64,000 bases of DNA from NCBI GenBank assembly GCA_913055745.1, contig CAJXJZ010000003.1, positions 6,664 to 70,663 on the forward strand. Direction: 5' to 3'. The stretch is from an uncultured bacterium. GTDB taxonomy: Bacteria; Hydrothermota; Hydrothermia; UBA1063; CAJXJZ01. Each line of letters starts with the position of its first letter. The first letter of the stretch is position 1. Of this stretch, positions 36,345 through 48,103 are shown in pieces. Under the pieces are notes generated by a model that ran no database searches, was not told the DNA's origin, and was given only the letters and a program-made list of their open reading frames with translations. A program made the translations under genes and the position numbers.

Positions 36345-36563
36345 CTATTTATGCCTGTATACTATTCTGCCTCTTGTAAGATCGTAAGGAGAGAGCTCTA
36401 CCACAACCCTATCACCTGGAAGAATACGAATAAAATGCATTCTCATTTTGCCAGCAACATGCGCAAGAACTAAAAGTCCGTTGTCAAGTTCCACCCTAAA
36501 CATGGCGTTGGGTAGTACCTCTTTAACCGTTCCTTCCATTTTTATTACACTTTTCTTTGCCAT
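36345..36563 (-). CDS. infA: Translation initiation factor IF-1
   Basis: [34 protein letters not shown]. Confidence 0.98.
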   Translation of the reverse strand: MAKKSVIKMEGTVKEVLPNAMFRVELDNGLLVLAHVAGKMRMHFIRILPGDRVVVELSPYDLTRGRIVYRHK

Positions 36564-36566
36564 ATA

Positions 36567-37325
36567 TTATAACTCCGTTAAAATTTCCACACCATCCTTT
36601 GTAATAAGTATGGTATTCTCATAATGTGCGGCAAAAGCACCATCTCTTGTCGCTATAGTCCACCCATCTTTTTTTGTATAAATCGCCCCACTTCCTGCAG
36701 AAAACATGGGCTCTATAGCAAGCACCATCCCTGCTTTTAAAACAGGACCACGACCAGGAGGACCATAGTTAGGAACAAAAGGATCCTCATGAAGTCTTAA
36801 TCCAACCCCGTGACCGCCAAGTTCTTTTATGACACTAACACCATATTTCTTTGCAGTCTCCTCTATGGCATGAGATATATCAGATAGTTTCTTACCATCT
36901 TTAGCCTCTGAAATCCCATTGTAAAACGCCGCACGAACAGATGCCATCAAATTTTTAATGAGATTTGGGGGATTATCGCCCACATAATATGTCCTTGCTG
37001 CATCTGAAATAAAGCCATCAAGGTTAATACCAGAATCAATTTTTATAACATCTCCCTTCTTAATTTTTCTCTTTTCTGTCGGAATGCCGTGTACAACTTC
37101 ATCATTAAGCGATACACAAGTGGCAGCTGGATAGCCCATATAACCAAGAAAGGCGGGCCTTGCCCCGCGCTCTTTTATAAAACTCTCTACAAAGCGATCA
37201 ACTTCTTTTGTGGAAACACCTTCTTTTATTATCCCTTCTTCTTCAAGTTTCAAGAATAATTCTGCAAGTAATTTACAGGATTTTTTAATTCCTTCTATTT
37301 CCTTTGGTGTCTTTATATGAATCAT
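36567..37325 (-). CDS. map: Type I methionine aminopeptidase
   Basis: CVS.NDEVVHGIP, D.A.T, GHGVG..LHEDP, AIEPM, AHYE.T. Confidence 0.96.
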   Translation of the reverse strand: MIHIKTPKEIEGIKKSCKLLAELFLKLEEEGIIKEGVSTKEVDRFVESFIKERGARPAFLGYMGYPAATCVSLNDEVVHGIPTEKRKIKKGDVIKIDSGINLDGFISDAARTYYVGDNPPNLIKNLMASVRAAFYNGISEAKDGKKLSDISHAIEETAKKYGVSVIKELGGHGVGLRLHEDPFVPNYGPPGRGPVLKAGMVLAIEPMFSAGSGAIYTKKDGWTIATRDGAFAAHYENTILITKDGVEILTEL

Positions 37326-37975
37326 TGAAAGTTGCCTCCTAAGATTTCCGCTATTTTTGCGAAAACTCTGTCCACAGAAGAAGAGGCACTAACCTCCTTC
37401 AAGATTTTTTTCTTCCTGTAATAGTCTATGAGAGGAGCAGTTTCTTCCCTATAGACTTTTAATCTGTTTCTTATAGTCTCTTCATTATCATCTTCCCTCT
37501 TAACAAGCGGAACACCACAATCATCACAGAGATTGTCATTCTTTGGTGGTGAGGTTAAAAGATTATATACCCTACCACAAACAGGGCAAACCCTTCTTGC
37601 AAGGAGCCTGTGAACGATCTCATCATCACTCACAGAAAGTAATATAACATACTGCAACCTTGCATGTATTTCTGAGAGAAGACCTTCAAGCATATTTGCT
37701 TGACTAATGTTTCTCGGAAAGCCATCTAAGATAAACCGCTCATGTTGCAAAATGGCAGCTTTTACGAGTTTTATGATTATATCATCAGGAACAAGAGCAC
37801 CTTTTTTCATATAACCTTCTGCCACCCGGCCTATCTGCGTACCATCTTGCACTGCTTTGCGAAGGAGGTCTCCTGTGGATATCTGTTTGTATCCAAATTC
37901 TAACTCAAGTTTCTTTGCCTGGGTACCCTTCCCAGCCCCAGGAGGGCCCAGAAGGATTAGGCCTAACCTCTCCAA
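37322..37975 (-). CDS. adk: Adenylate kinase (Zn-LID)
   Basis: GPPGAGKGTQA, STGDLLR, LDGFPR, CxxC...CxxC LID. Confidence 0.97.
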   Translation of the reverse strand: MERLGLILLGPPGAGKGTQAKKLELEFGYKQISTGDLLRKAVQDGTQIGRVAEGYMKKGALVPDDIIIKLVKAAILQHERFILDGFPRNISQANMLEGLLSEIHARLQYVILLSVSDDEIVHRLLARRVCPVCGRVYNLLTSPPKNDNLCDDCGVPLVKREDDNEETIRNRLKVYREETAPLIDYYRKKKILKEVSASSSVDRVFAKIAEILGGNFQ

Positions 37976-39276
37976 CCGCTGATCCTTCCTTTTTTCAAAA
38001 GTCCATCGTACTGCCGCATAATTAAATGCGCATTTATCTGTTGCATTAGTTCAAGAGCAACACCCACAACTATAAGGATTCTCGTACCGCCAAAATAAAA
38101 GTGTATATTTGTCATACGGATAACATGATAAGGAAGTATAGCAATAATAGCAAAGAAAATAGCACCTGGCAAAAGTATCCTTGACATAATCTTATCTATG
38201 TATTCTGCAGTCTGCGGCCCTGGCCTTACGCCGGGAATAAAACCTGAGTATCTCTGAAGATTATCAGCCATATCCTTAGGATTTAGCACTATAGCAGTAT
38301 AATAATACGCAAAAAATACAATTAAGGCCGCATATGAGATATCATAGATCACAGTCCCTGGTCTAAAAAGGTTAATGATGTAAGTCAAAGTATCAGATGT
38401 GAAAAATGTACCTAAGGTCTGAGGGAACATTAATATACTCTGTGCGAATATTATGGGGATAACACCAGCAGTATTGAGCGTTAGGGGAAGATAGGTTGTT
38501 TGCCCACCATACACCTTTCTCCCTACGACTCTTTTTGCATACTGTATGGGTATTCTTCTTTGAGCCTCAGTAATAGCAACAACTGCCACTGTTGTAGCCA
38601 ACACAACTACTATAACAAATAAGAAAGCAAAAAGTGATGTCCCACCTGTTTTTAATAACTGAACCGACTGTGCAAACTCATACGGTATACTATCCAAAGT
38701 GCCTGCAAAAATTAGAACAGAGATACCATTGCCTATACCCCTCTCTGTCATTTGCTCTCCAATCCACATTAAAAATAATGTTCCTCCAACAAGGGCCAAC
38801 ACTGTGGTAAACATAAACATAGGCCCGGGATTGGGTACTACAGGAACACCACTCGGTGACTTAATATTTTCAAGAAACATCGCCATGCCTATGGACTGTA
38901 TTCCCGCAACAATTACTGTAAGATAACGAGAATATCTTGTTATAAGCCTCTGCCCATGTTCTCCTTCTTTCTTAAGTCTTTCAAGATAGGGCCATGTGGC
39001 AACAAGAAGTTCCATTATAATTGAAGCAGATATATAAGGCATTATACCAGCACCGAAAATTGCTGCTCTTGAAAGCGCTCCCCCCACAAAGACATCATAT
39101 AAGCCAAAAGCCGTACCCGCGAGATTTTGTCTGAAGAACTCTGCAAGCGCATGACCGTTCACGCCGGGAACCGGTATATGGGTTCCCAGCCTGTAAACGG
39201 CTATCATCGCAAGGACAAACAATATTTTATTTCTTAGTTCTTCTATCTTTGGTATATTATTGAGGTTATTCAGCAT
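37963..39276 (-). CDS. secY: Preprotein translocase SecY
   Basis: GIMPYISASII, GIGNGIS, GVIPIIFA, FIPGVRPG, FGGT. Confidence 0.98.
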   Translation of the reverse strand: MLNNLNNIPKIEELRNKILFVLAMIAVYRLGTHIPVPGVNGHALAEFFRQNLAGTAFGLYDVFVGGALSRAAIFGAGIMPYISASIIMELLVATWPYLERLKKEGEHGQRLITRYSRYLTVIVAGIQSIGMAMFLENIKSPSGVPVVPNPGPMFMFTTVLALVGGTLFLMWIGEQMTERGIGNGISVLIFAGTLDSIPYEFAQSVQLLKTGGTSLFAFLFVIVVVLATTVAVVAITEAQRRIPIQYAKRVVGRKVYGGQTTYLPLTLNTAGVIPIIFAQSILMFPQTLGTFFTSDTLTYIINLFRPGTVIYDISYAALIVFFAYYYTAIVLNPKDMADNLQRYSGFIPGVRPGPQTAEYIDKIMSRILLPGAIFFAIIAILPYHVIRMTNIHFYFGGTRILIVVGVALELMQQINAHLIMRQYDGLLKKGRISGWRG

Positions 39277-39709
39277 TTGTTTTACCGCCTGAGTTTTCTA
39301 TTTTTTCCCTCGCACTTTTTGAAAAAACGACCCCCTCAAAAGTTACCTTTTTTGTTAGGTTTCCATCTCCAAGAATTTTTATAGGTCCATTACCTTTGAT
39401 GATATTCTTCTCTTTAAGCGTTTGGGGATTAACTATTTCACCATCTGTATACTTTTGATCAATCTGCTTAAGATTCACAACTTCAAATCTCACTTTCCAT
39501 ATATTCTTGAAACCTCTTTTGGGTAATCTTCTATAAAGGGGCATTTGACCACCTTCAAAGTATCTTGGCTTTGCACCACCACTTCTAGATTTTTGTCCCT
39601 TTTCCCCACGTCCTGCTGTTTTACCTAAGCCAGATCCTGAGCCTCTTGCAACACGTTTCTTCTTCTTTACACCACCCTTTCCGTAGGTTAAATTACTCAA
39701 ATTGTACAT
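39266..39709 (-). CDS. rplO: 50S ribosomal protein L15
   Basis: RG.GSG.GKTAGRG.KGQKSRSG, FEGGQMPL.RRLPKRGF. Confidence 0.97.
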   Translation of the reverse strand: MYNLSNLTYGKGGVKKKKRVARGSGSGLGKTAGRGEKGQKSRSGGAKPRYFEGGQMPLYRRLPKRGFKNIWKVRFEVVNLKQIDQKYTDGEIVNPQTLKEKNIIKGNGPIKILGDGNLTKKVTFEGVVFSKSAREKIENSGGKTNAE

Positions 39710-39719
39710 ATCTTCCTCC

Positions 39720-39914
39720 TTATTCTTCTAATTCTTCAACCTTTAAGAGATATTGGACCTGTTCTATCATACCCCTTATCTGTGGTGTATCATTATGTAT
39801 TCTCTCTTTACCAATCCTACCAAGTCCAAGGGCTAATACCGTACGCTTATGTTTTTTGTTAACCCCTATAAGACTTTTAACTTGCCTCACTTTGATTTTC
39901 TTCTTTCCTTGCAC
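39720..39914 (-). CDS. rpmD: 50S ribosomal protein L30
   Basis: [20 protein letters not shown]; GTG 39914 fits SD spacing better than TTG 39920. Confidence 0.93.
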   Translation of the reverse strand: MQGKKKIKVRQVKSLIGVNKKHKRTVLALGLGRIGKERIHNDTPQIRGMIEQVQYLLKVEELEE

Positions 39915-40419
39915 TGCCAAACCTCCTGTAAATTACATCCAGGGGTAGTCCCCTGTTCTTTGCAACTTTTTGAGGATCTTTAAGCGACCTTATGGCATTG
40001 ATTGTTGCTTTCATTAGGTTAATTGCATTATTTGAGCCAAGAGACTTTGTTAAAGCATTCTTGTAACCGGCTGCCTCAAGTACCAGACGAACGGGCTGGG
40101 ATGCAATAATACCAGTACCAGGACCTGCTGGCTTTAGAAGTACCTTTGATGCACCTTCCCTTCCTATAATCTCATGAGGTAATGTTCCATTTATTATTAT
40201 AGCATCAAACATTGACTTTCTCGCTCTTTTTAAAGCCTTCTGAATTGCTTCGGGTGTTTCAAGAGCCTTACCATGCCCTATGCCTACTCTTCCTCTTCCA
40301 TCACCTACCACAACCCATACAGAAAGTTTGAAGTTCTTTCCGCCTTTTGTTACCTTGGTAACCCTCTTAATTGTAACAACCCTTTCAATGAGTTCAGTTA
40401 CGCCCATTTCTTCTGCCAT
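39877..40419 (-). CDS. rpsE: 30S ribosomal protein S5
   Basis: [26 protein letters not shown]. Confidence 0.97.
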   Translation of the reverse strand: MAEEMGVTELIERVVTIKRVTKVTKGGKNFKLSVWVVVGDGRGRVGIGHGKALETPEAIQKALKRARKSMFDAIIINGTLPHEIIGREGASKVLLKPAGPGTGIIASQPVRLVLEAAGYKNALTKSLGSNNAINLMKATINAIRSLKDPQKVAKNRGLPLDVIYRRFGSARKEENQSEAS

Positions 40420-40433
40420 AAATAAACCTCCAA

Positions 40434-40811
40434 TTAAAATTCAAGTCCGCTTTCTCTGGCCGCATCTGCCAGAGATTTTACCCTACCTATGTATTTGTAT
40501 CCCGCTCTGTCAAAAGATACTTTTGTAATCCCTATTTTTTTTGCTCTCTCTGCAATCAACTTTCCCACCAGTTTTGCTCTTTCTGTTTTCCCTTTAACCT
40601 CTTTCACTTTTTCTCTAATCTCTGGAGAAAGCGTTGAAGCACCGGTTAGAACCTTTGCAGGCCCAATGGGTGGGTCAATTACCAATTGGGCATATATATG
40701 TTTTGCACTCTTATATACCACAAGCCGAGGTCTTTCCTCTGTTCCAATAACTTTTTTCCTTATTCTCTTGTGCCTATTTAATCTCCTCAAAACCTTTTCT
40801 TTTCTATTCAT
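40434..40811 (-). CDS. rplR: 50S ribosomal protein L18
   Basis: GT.ERPRL.VYKS, FDR.GY.Y.GRVK.LADAARE.GL.F. Confidence 0.97.
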   Translation of the reverse strand: MNRKEKVLRRLNRHKRIRKKVIGTEERPRLVVYKSAKHIYAQLVIDPPIGPAKVLTGASTLSPEIREKVKEVKGKTERAKLVGKLIAERAKKIGITKVSFDRAGYKYIGRVKSLADAARESGLEF

Positions 40812-40822
40812 CTTAAGCCTCC

Positions 40823-41392
40823 TTATGCGCCCTTGGCACCGGCTTTACCAGCCTTTCTTCTTATATGTTCTCCAACATATTTGATACCCTTAGCCTTATA
40901 CGGATCCTGAGGTCTTATCCTTCTGATTTTTGCTGCAGTTTCGCCCACAAGGTATTTGTCTGCTCCCAACACCTCAATGATATACTTATCAGCGCCTGTC
41001 GTCTTAATGGGTCCACTTACCTTAAATTCTATACCATCTGGTGGTGTAACCTTAACTTCATGTGAAAATCCTACATTAAGTACCAACGCATTACCTTGTT
41101 TACTTACCTTATATCCAGCGCCTTGAACCTCCAACTCCTTTTTAAATCCATCCTTCACTCCAATTACAGCGTTATAGATAAGTTGTCTCGTGGTCCCATG
41201 AAGAGACTTGTGAAACTTTGTATCTGTTGGTCTCTTAACAATAATCTCCTTACCATTAATTTCCACAATCATATCCCTGTGTGGGGAAAAAGTAAGTTCT
41301 CCTTTTGGGCCCTTAAAATACATGGTCCCATTCTCTATTTTTACCTGAACACCGTCCGGGATGGGAACAGGTTTTTTCCCTATCCTTGACAT
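40823..41392 (-). CDS. rplF: 50S ribosomal protein L6
   Basis: [25 protein letters not shown]. Confidence 0.97.
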   Translation of the reverse strand: MSRIGKKPVPIPDGVQVKIENGTMYFKGPKGELTFSPHRDMIVEINGKEIIVKRPTDTKFHKSLHGTTRQLIYNAVIGVKDGFKKELEVQGAGYKVSKQGNALVLNVGFSHEVKVTPPDGIEFKVSGPIKTTGADKYIIEVLGADKYLVGETAAKIRRIRPQDPYKAKGIKYVGEHIRRKAGKAGAKGA

Positions 41393-41405
41393 ATCCAGCC
41401 TCCTT

Positions 41406-41804
41406 TTACCATACTATAAGGAGTAGTTCTCCACCAACTCCTTTTCTTCTTGCTTCTCTATCTGTCATGAGTCCTTGTGAAGTTGAAACAATTGCTATTC
41501 CAAGACCATTTTTTACCCATGGTATCTTATCCTTACCTACATATACCCTTCTTGAAGGCTTTGATACCCTTTGTAGGTCTGAAATTAAAGGTGTTCCACC
41601 CTCATCATACTTTAGAACGACTTCGCACTTTCCACCACGCTCTTTTGAAATAACCTTATAGTCTTCTATAAACCCCTCTTTTTTCAGAATCTCTAATATC
41701 CCAAGTTTAATCTTTGAGAGTGGCTCTATTATAACACGATTGTGCTTTGCCCTTACTCCGTTTCTTAATCTTGTTAAAAGGTCTGCAATAGGATCATAAA
41801 TCAT
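41406..41804 (-). CDS. rpsH: 30S ribosomal protein S8
   Basis: DPIADLLTR.RN, SKPSRRVY, GLGIAIVSTSQG. Confidence 0.97.
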   Translation of the reverse strand: MIYDPIADLLTRLRNGVRAKHNRVIIEPLSKIKLGILEILKKEGFIEDYKVISKERGGKCEVVLKYDEGGTPLISDLQRVSKPSRRVYVGKDKIPWVKNGLGIAIVSTSQGLMTDREARRKGVGGELLLIVW

Positions 41805-41817
41805 ATTCTACCTCCAC

Positions 41818-42000
41818 CTACCAACTGGCTTTTTTAACACCTGGGAGTTCCCCTTTTAGTGCCAATTCTCTAAAACAAACCCTACAGAGCCCAAATTTTC
41901 TGATATAACCGTGAGTTCTCCCACAGCGTTTGCATCTATTATACTTTCTAACAGCAAATTTGGGTTCCTGGTTCCTTGTTCTTTTAGCCTTCCTTGACAT
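41818..42000 (-). CDS. rpsN: 30S ribosomal protein S14, type Z (C+)
   Basis: RCKRCGR...[18 protein letters not shown]. Confidence 0.97.
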   Translation of the reverse strand: MSRKAKRTRNQEPKFAVRKYNRCKRCGRTHGYIRKFGLCRVCFRELALKGELPGVKKASW

Positions 42001-42555
42001 TTAATCTTCCCTCCTTTCAAAAGGAAAACCAAAGGCTGAAAGCAGTGCCCTTGCCTCATCGTCTCTTTTAGCGGTCGTCACTATTGTTATATTCATACCA
42101 AAAACCTTTTTAACTTTATCAATTTCTACTTCAGGAAAAACCGTGTGCTCGCTAAGGCCAAAATTGTAATTGCCTCTACCATCAAATGAATTAAGTGGCA
42201 ATCCGCTAAAATCTCTAACCCTTGGTAAAGCAAAGTTAATCAATCTGTCTAAGAAATCATACATGTACCTCTTCCTTAATGTAACGCGAAGCCCAATAGG
42301 CATCCCTTTTCTCAGATGAAACTGTGCTATGGATTTCCTTGCCCTTCTGACTTCTGGCCTTTGACCCGTTATCATGGCAAGGTCATTGCTTATTATATCT
42401 ATCACCTTTGGGTCTTGAACGGCTTCCCCGACACCTACATTAACCACGATCTTTTCAAGTTTGGGTACCTCATTCACATTCTTGTACCCAAGTTCTTTCA
42501 TTAATGTCGGTCTGATATTATCTATATATTCCTTTTGAAGTCTTGCCTGTTCCAT
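42001..42555 (-). CDS. rplE: 50S ribosomal protein L5
   Basis: [33 protein letters not shown]. Confidence 0.97.
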   Translation of the reverse strand: MEQARLQKEYIDNIRPTLMKELGYKNVNEVPKLEKIVVNVGVGEAVQDPKVIDIISNDLAMITGQRPEVRRARKSIAQFHLRKGMPIGLRVTLRKRYMYDFLDRLINFALPRVRDFSGLPLNSFDGRGNYNFGLSEHTVFPEVEIDKVKKVFGMNITIVTTAKRDDEARALLSAFGFPFERRED

Positions 42556-42869
42556 CAGTCTATCACCTCATTACACTTTTTGCAGTATCTTACCTTCTTG
42601 CCATCTTCAAACCTGAAACCTACCCTTGTAGGCTCACCGCAAGATGGACAAATAAGTCTTACATTACTCCACGAAATGGGAGACTCCATTTCTACTATAC
42701 CAGAAGGTCTCTCAGGTCCCATAGCTCTCATATGCCTCTTAACTATATTAACTTCTTCAACTATAAGCCTTTTCTTTTCTATAAGAACCTTTTTAACCTT
42801 CCCAATTTTCCCCTTATCTTTGCCTTTTACAACTTTAACTGTATCTCCTCTTTTAATTTTAAGAGCCAT
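42555..42869 (-). CDS. rplX: 50S ribosomal protein L24
   Basis: IK.GD.V.V..GKDKGK.G, E.PI..SNV. Confidence 0.97.
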   Translation of the reverse strand: MALKIKRGDTVKVVKGKDKGKIGKVKKVLIEKKRLIVEEVNIVKRHMRAMGPERPSGIVEMESPISWSNVRLICPSCGEPTRVGFRFEDGKKVRYCKKCNEVID

Positions 42870-43237
42870 TACACCACCTCCGGAGCAAGCGAAACAATTT
42901 TCATGAATCTTTTTTCCCTGAGTTCCCTGGCGACTGGACCAAATACCCTTGTACCCTTTGGATCTCCACTTTCTCCTATGATCACTGCAGCATTATCATC
43001 AAACTTTACATATGTTCCATCAGGCCTACGTATTTCTTTTTTCGTTCTGACTATAACCGCCTTAGCAACAGAGCCTTTCTTAATGGAGGAATTGGGGACA
43101 GCATTCTTTATCGTAACGACTACGACATCCCCAACTCTCGCATATTTTTTTCTCGAACCGCCCAACACCTTAATGACCTGGGCCTCTTGAGCACCAGTGT
43201 TATCCGCAATCTTTAATCTAGATATATCTTGTATCAT
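42869..43237 (-). CDS. rplN: 50S ribosomal protein L14
   Basis: [32 protein letters not shown]. Confidence 0.98.
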   Translation of the reverse strand: MIQDISRLKIADNTGAQEAQVIKVLGGSRKKYARVGDVVVVTIKNAVPNSSIKKGSVAKAVIVRTKKEIRRPDGTYVKFDDNAAVIIGESGDPKGTRVFGPVARELREKRFMKIVSLAPEVV

Positions 43238-43238
43238 T

Positions 43239-43505
43239 TTAAGCCTCCCCGTGTGCCTTTCTTATAATACTTACCACTCTCCATCTCTTAAGATGTGAAA
43301 GAGGCCGTGTTTCCATAATCTTCACGACATCACCAACATGCGTCTCATTATTCTCATCATGCACATAGAATTTTTTTCTCCTTTTGACATATTTCTTGTA
43401 AAGGGGATGCTGAACATGAGTCTCCACAAGCACAACCCTCGTTTTATCCATTTTATCACTAACAACAACACCCACTCTCTCCTTTCTACTACCCCTTATT
43501 TCCAT
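43239..43505 (-). CDS. rpsQ: 30S ribosomal protein S17
   Basis: [28 protein letters not shown]. Confidence 0.97.
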   Translation of the reverse strand: MEIRGSRKERVGVVVSDKMDKTRVVLVETHVQHPLYKKYVKRRKKFYVHDENNETHVGDVVKIMETRPLSHLKRWRVVSIIRKAHGEA

Positions 43506-43695
43506 TATTCAACCTCCTCTCTCTTAGAATGGTATTTATCCTCGCAATATCCTTTTTTATCTCCCTGAACCTGTGTGGCTGTGAGAGTTTTGCCATGGCC
43601 TTCTCCATCCTCAAAGTAAAAAGTTCCTCCTTTAAAGATTTGAGTTTAGATTTAAGTTCCTCATTTGATAGTTCTCTGAGTTCATAGGGTTTCAT
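43489..43695 (-). CDS. rpmC: 50S ribosomal protein L29
   Basis: [20 protein letters not shown]. Confidence 0.95.
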   Translation of the reverse strand: MKPYELRELSNEELKSKLKSLKEELFTLRMEKAMAKLSQPHRFREIKKDIARINTILRERRLNNGNKG

Positions 43696-44111
43696 ACTCC
43701 ACCCTCCTTCAAAGAGACAAATCTTGTTTTTACAGGAAGTTTTGAGGACGCCCTACGGAATGCCTCCTTAGCCTGTTCCTCTGTAACACCACCTAGTTCA
43801 AAAAGGATTCTTCCTGGTTTAACAACAGCAACCCATCTATCAACATTGCCTTTACCCTTTCCCATTCTCGTTTCTGCTGGTTTTTTCGTAACAGGCTTGT
43901 CAGGAAATATCCTTATCCAGAGTTTGCCCCCTTTCTTAAGGTATCTTGTAATTGCTATTCTGGCTGCTTCTATCTGGTTCCCTGTTATCCAATACGCTTC
44001 AAGGGTTTTAAGAGCATACTCACCAAAGGCTATGTAGTTGCCTGCCATAGCCTTGCCTTTCATCCTACCCCTTTGTTGTTTTCTATATTTTGTTCTTGAT
44101 GGCATCAACAT
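43692..44111 (-). CDS. rplP: 50S ribosomal protein L16
   Basis: [26 protein letters not shown]. Confidence 0.98.
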   Translation of the reverse strand: MLMPSRTKYRKQQRGRMKGKAMAGNYIAFGEYALKTLEAYWITGNQIEAARIAITRYLKKGGKLWIRIFPDKPVTKKPAETRMGKGKGNVDRWVAVVKPGRILFELGGVTEEQAKEAFRRASSKLPVKTRFVSLKEGGV

Positions 44112-44114
44112 GAC

Positions 44115-44765
44115 CTATTCCTCCTCAGTTGGACGTTCAAATATGTCACCCCTATATATCCATACCTTAACACCCACTGTGCCATACCGTGTAAATGCAG
44201 TAGATTCACCATAATCAATATCTGCTCTTATTGTCTGAAGGGGCACTCGTCCTTTAAGATACCATTCTTTACGTGCAATCTCCGCACCAGAGAGTCTTCC
44301 TTTAGCATATATTTTAATTCCCTTTACTCCCATCTTCAAAGCCGTTTCTACAGCCCTTTTCATTGCACGCCTATGAGATACTCTCTGCTCAATCTTCCTC
44401 GCTATATTATCTGCAACAAGTTGAGCATCAACCTCAGGAACTTTGACCTCAACTACATTAACATTAAGGTCTCTGTAGTTGAACATCTTTGAGATTGTTT
44501 TCCGTAAGCCTTCAACCTCGGCGCCCTTCCTTCCTATAACAAGCCCTGGTCTTGCAGAATATATGCTTATGCTTAATCTATCAGAGGCTCTCTCTATAAC
44601 AACCTTAGATATCATTGCGTCCTTGAACTTATTCTTTATATAATCTCTTATCTTGAGGTCTTCTTGAAGGTACCTATCATAATCTTTTCCCTTAGCGAAC
44701 CAATGGGATTTCCAATCTTTATTAACCCCTAATCTAAACCCAATAGGATGTACTTTCTGTCCCAT
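44115..44765 (-). CDS. rpsC: 30S ribosomal protein S3
   Basis: MGQKVHP.GFRLG, RPG.VIG.KG, GRL.GAEIAR.E, PLQT.RADIDY. Confidence 0.98.
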   Translation of the reverse strand: MGQKVHPIGFRLGVNKDWKSHWFAKGKDYDRYLQEDLKIRDYIKNKFKDAMISKVVIERASDRLSISIYSARPGLVIGRKGAEVEGLRKTISKMFNYRDLNVNVVEVKVPEVDAQLVADNIARKIEQRVSHRRAMKRAVETALKMGVKGIKIYAKGRLSGAEIARKEWYLKGRVPLQTIRADIDYGESTAFTRYGTVGVKVWIYRGDIFERPTEEE

Positions 44766-45112
44766 TATTCCTCTCCTCCCTCTACTATAATGGTAATGTG
44801 TGAAGTCCTTTTTCTTATAAGAGTTGCCATTCCCCTCCAGAAGGGTCTTACTCTTTTCATTGTGAGTCCCTTATCTACCTTTGCAACTTTAACTCTTATT
44901 TCCTCTGGTGCCAATTCTCTACCCACCTTCTCGTTTAACGAAGATACAGCCGATTTAAGAACCTTACGCGTAATGCGTGCACCTTTTTTATTCATGAGAT
45001 ATAAAATAGCATCCGCCTCTTTGACTGTCTTACCTCTTATTTCACTAAGTAGTGGTTTCATCTTCTTTGGTGATATCCTTGCAAATTTATATACTGCTCT
45101 TCCCATCATCAT
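44765..45112 (-). CDS. rplV: 50S ribosomal protein L22
   Basis: [22 protein letters not shown]. Confidence 0.95.
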   Translation of the reverse strand: MMMGRAVYKFARISPKKMKPLLSEIRGKTVKEADAILYLMNKKGARITRKVLKSAVSSLNEKVGRELAPEEIRVKVAKVDKGLTMKRVRPFWRGMATLIRKRTSHITIIVEGGEE

Positions 45113-45393
45113 CTCAACCTCACAGTTTCTGCTTTTTTATTCTTATGTCCCCTGTATGTTCTTGTGGGTGCGAACTCTCCGAGCTTATGGCCCACCATAT
45201 CCTGCACTACATACACTGGAATAAATTTCCTACCATTATGAACTGCAATTGTATGCCCTATAAATTCAGGTACAATGGTTGACCTACGGGAATAGGTTTT
45301 TATAACAGACTTCTTCCCAGATTTATTCATTTCAACTATTCTTTTATAAAGTTTCGGATCTACATAAGGTCCTTTCTTCCTAGACCTACTCAT
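45109..45393 (-). CDS. rpsS: 30S ribosomal protein S19
   Basis: [29 protein letters not shown]. Confidence 0.98.
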   Translation of the reverse strand: MSRSRKKGPYVDPKLYKRIVEMNKSGKKSVIKTYSRRSTIVPEFIGHTIAVHNGRKFIPVYVVQDMVGHKLGEFAPTRTYRGHKNKKAETVRLR

Positions 45394-46217
45394 TTCTTCC
45401 TCCGAGGCTTAATAATAAACTTATTAGAAGGGTTATGCTTTTTTCTTGTCTTCTTGCCATCAAGCAGACCCCATGGACTTGAAGGTGGACGACCTGATTT
45501 AGATCTGCCTTCTCCTCCACCAAGAGGATGGTCAACCGGGTTCATTATAATACCCCTTACATGGGGCCTCCTGCCCATCCACCTTTTTCTGCCGGCTTTT
45601 CCTATAACTATATTTTCATGGTCAATATTAGAAACCTGTCCTATTGTAGCAAGTGCATTCTGATCAATTAACCTAACTTCTCCGGATGGGAGTTGCACAT
45701 GCGCATACTTCCCTTCTTTTGAAAGAATAACAGCATTGCTCCCTGCTGCCCTAACAAGTTTTGCACCTCTACCTGGTATAATCTCAATATTGTGAATAGG
45801 CACACCTTCTGGTATCTCCTTTATCGGAACTGCATTACCAACCTTGATCTCAGAACCTGGGCCTGAAACAACTTCATCCCCTACCTTCAATCCATGTGGT
45901 GCGATTATATATCTTTTCTCACCATCTTTATATGCAAGAAGTGCTATTCTTGCAGACCTATTGGGATCATATTCAATAGATTTAACCTTGGCTGGAATAC
46001 CAAACTTTTCTCTTCTAAAATCAATTATTCTATAAAATCTTTTATGACCGCCACCTCTAAAACGGACAGTTACACGACCATGATTATTTCTACCACCGGT
46101 CTTTTTCTTTGGTTCAATAAGGGATTTCTCTGGCCTTTTCTTTGTTATATCCGAGAAATCCGAAGATGTCATGAATCTTCTTGATGGTGTGTATGGTTTA
46201 TACCTTTTTATACCCAT
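45390..46217 (-). CDS. rplB: 50S ribosomal protein L2
   Basis: [37 protein letters not shown]. Confidence 0.98.
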   Translation of the reverse strand: MGIKRYKPYTPSRRFMTSSDFSDITKKRPEKSLIEPKKKTGGRNNHGRVTVRFRGGGHKRFYRIIDFRREKFGIPAKVKSIEYDPNRSARIALLAYKDGEKRYIIAPHGLKVGDEVVSGPGSEIKVGNAVPIKEIPEGVPIHNIEIIPGRGAKLVRAAGSNAVILSKEGKYAHVQLPSGEVRLIDQNALATIGQVSNIDHENIVIGKAGRKRWMGRRPHVRGIIMNPVDHPLGGGEGRSKSGRPPSSPWGLLDGKKTRKKHNPSNKFIIKPRRKK

Positions 46218-46219
46218 TT

Positions 46220-46510
46220 TTATACTCCTTCAAGCATCGGTATGTTTTCGCCTTTTTTCAGAACAACTATCGCCTTTTTCCATCTTCTCGTTTTGCCTTG
46301 TGCCAATCTCACTCTCTTATTCTTCGGCTTCATATTTATGACGCGTACCCTCTCTACATGCACTTTAAAGAGTTCTTCAACCGCCTTTTTTATTTCTGGC
46401 TTTGGCGCATCGGGATGGACCTCAAAAACATACTGGCTTTTTTTCTGACCCAGGTCCATTGCTTTCTCTGTGATTATTGGCCTTATAACAATATCTCTCG
46501 GATCTTTCAT
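46220..46510 (-). CDS. rplW: 50S ribosomal protein L23
   Basis: [25 protein letters not shown]. Confidence 0.96.
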   Translation of the reverse strand: MKDPRDIVIRPIITEKAMDLGQKKSQYVFEVHPDAPKPEIKKAVEELFKVHVERVRVINMKPKNKRVRLAQGKTRRWKKAIVVLKKGENIPMLEGV

Positions 46511-47139
46511 TTTTCTAACCTCTTATTTAATATCTCCACACCTTTTTTATCTATAAGGACATATTTCTTTTTAAGCACATCGTAGGCATTAATATCCTGG
46601 GCCCTCTTCACCTCTACACCACTTATATTCCGTGAAGCAAGGTATATGTTGTTGTTATCTTCTCCATAAACTACGAGTATCTTCTCACCATAAAGTCCAT
46701 GATTTTTGAGTACCTCAACCATCTCTTTTGTCTTAGGCTTTGGGATGTCGTAACTGTCTAAAATTATAAACCTGTCATCTCTAACCCTATCACTTAACGC
46801 TTGAGCGAGTGCTTTTCTCTTTAGATTTTTAGGAATGACAAGGTTCCAATCCTTTGGCTTTGGAGGAAAAGCCTTACCTCCACCCACAAAAATAGGCGCT
46901 GAAATACTCCCATGTCTTGCGCGTCCCAGTCCCTTCTGTCTATAAATCTTACGGGTTGATGCCTTAACTTCGCTTCTTGTTTTTGCGCTCGCTGTACCCT
47001 GTCTTTTATTTAATTGGTATATTCTGACAGCCTGATAAAGAAGATGCGTATTCACAGGAACATTGTAAATACCCTCAGAAAGTTCCATCTCTCCTATTTT
47101 TTCTGCAGCCTTGTTTTTAATTTCCACTTTTACACTCAT
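46507..47139 (-). CDS. rplD: 50S ribosomal protein L4
   Basis: RQGT...KTRSEV, QKG.GRARHGS, GGG.AF.PKP. Confidence 0.97.
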   Translation of the reverse strand: MSVKVEIKNKAAEKIGEMELSEGIYNVPVNTHLLYQAVRIYQLNKRQGTASAKTRSEVKASTRKIYRQKGLGRARHGSISAPIFVGGGKAFPPKPKDWNLVIPKNLKRKALAQALSDRVRDDRFIILDSYDIPKPKTKEMVEVLKNHGLYGEKILVVYGEDNNNIYLASRNISGVEVKRAQDINAYDVLKKKYVLIDKKGVEILNKRLEK

Positions 47140-47780
47140 TTTCCATACCCCTTTGCTTTAGTTATATACACTATGCTACCATTACTTCCAGGAACAGCAC
47201 CTTTCACAAATAGAACATTCCTTTCTTTATCCACACCAACTACCTTCAAGTTCTTCACAGTAACCCTTTTACTGCCTGCATGCCCTGCCATCTTCTTACC
47301 TTTCCATATCTTTGCCGGTTCTGAATGTTGCCCTATTGACCCTGGATGTCTGTGGAATTTGGAACCATGTGCCTTCGGCCCTCCAGAAAATCCCCATCTC
47401 TTCATAACACCCTGATATCCTTTGCCAATAGTAATACCACTTACATCTACCTTTTCTCCCTCTTCAAAGAGTTCTACCGTAAGTTCATCACCTTGTTTAT
47501 ACTGTGGCGGCTCATTAAGACGAAATTCTTTTATCACCCTTATGGGATATACATCCCTATCCCCAAATACCTTTTTCGCCTCTCCCAAAAGAGGCTTGTT
47601 GAGTTTTTTGCTTTTTACTTCTCCATAACCTACCTTTATGGCATTGTACCCGTCCTTCTCTATTATCTTCCCCTGAAGGACGTAGCAGGGGCCGGCCTCA
47701 ATGATCGTGACTGGGATCATCGTGCCGTCTTTGGTAGGTATCTGGGTCATTCCCAGTTTTCTACCTACTAGTCCTATCAT
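47136..47780 (-). CDS. rplC: 50S ribosomal protein L3
   Basis: K.GMTQ, PVT.IEAGP, GKG.QG..KRWGF, HG, PGSIG, GAVPG. Confidence 0.97.
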   Translation of the reverse strand: MIGLVGRKLGMTQIPTKDGTMIPVTIIEAGPCYVLQGKIIEKDGYNAIKVGYGEVKSKKLNKPLLGEAKKVFGDRDVYPIRVIKEFRLNEPPQYKQGDELTVELFEEGEKVDVSGITIGKGYQGVMKRWGFSGGPKAHGSKFHRHPGSIGQHSEPAKIWKGKKMAGHAGSKRVTVKNLKVVGVDKERNVLFVKGAVPGSNGSIVYITKAKGYGK

Positions 47781-47792
47781 GTTTTACTCCTT

Positions 47793-48101
47793 TTATATCA
47801 TTTTTATTTCTACATCAACTCCAGCCGGAAGATCCAGCTTAGAAAGTTTATCTATTGTTTCTTGGTTTGGATTACGAATTTCTACGAGTCTTTTATGAAC
47901 CTTTAATTCAAACTGTTCTTGAGATTTTTTATGTACATGTGGTGACCTTATTACGGAAAAGAGTGTTCTTTTAGTAGGCAGAGGTATGGGCCCTGCCACC
48001 TCTGCCTGTGTCATCCTTGCTGTTACCACGATCCTCTTGGCAGACCTGTCCACAAGAACAGGATCATAGGACCTTAGTTTTATTCTTATTTTCGCTTCCA
48101 T
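47793..48101 (-). CDS. rpsJ: 30S ribosomal protein S10
   Basis: IRI.L..YD, GPIPLPT, RSPHV.KKS.EQFE, LP.GVDVEI. Confidence 0.98.
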   Translation of the reverse strand: MEAKIRIKLRSYDPVLVDRSAKRIVVTARMTQAEVAGPIPLPTKRTLFSVIRSPHVHKKSQEQFELKVHKRLVEIRNPNQETIDKLSKLDLPAGVDVEIKMI

Positions 48102-48103
48102 AA

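Noticed and set aside
40945-41005. GADKY pentapeptide occurring twice in L6
   Set aside because: DNA copies are diverged and sit in a variable loop; too short to separate from convergence.
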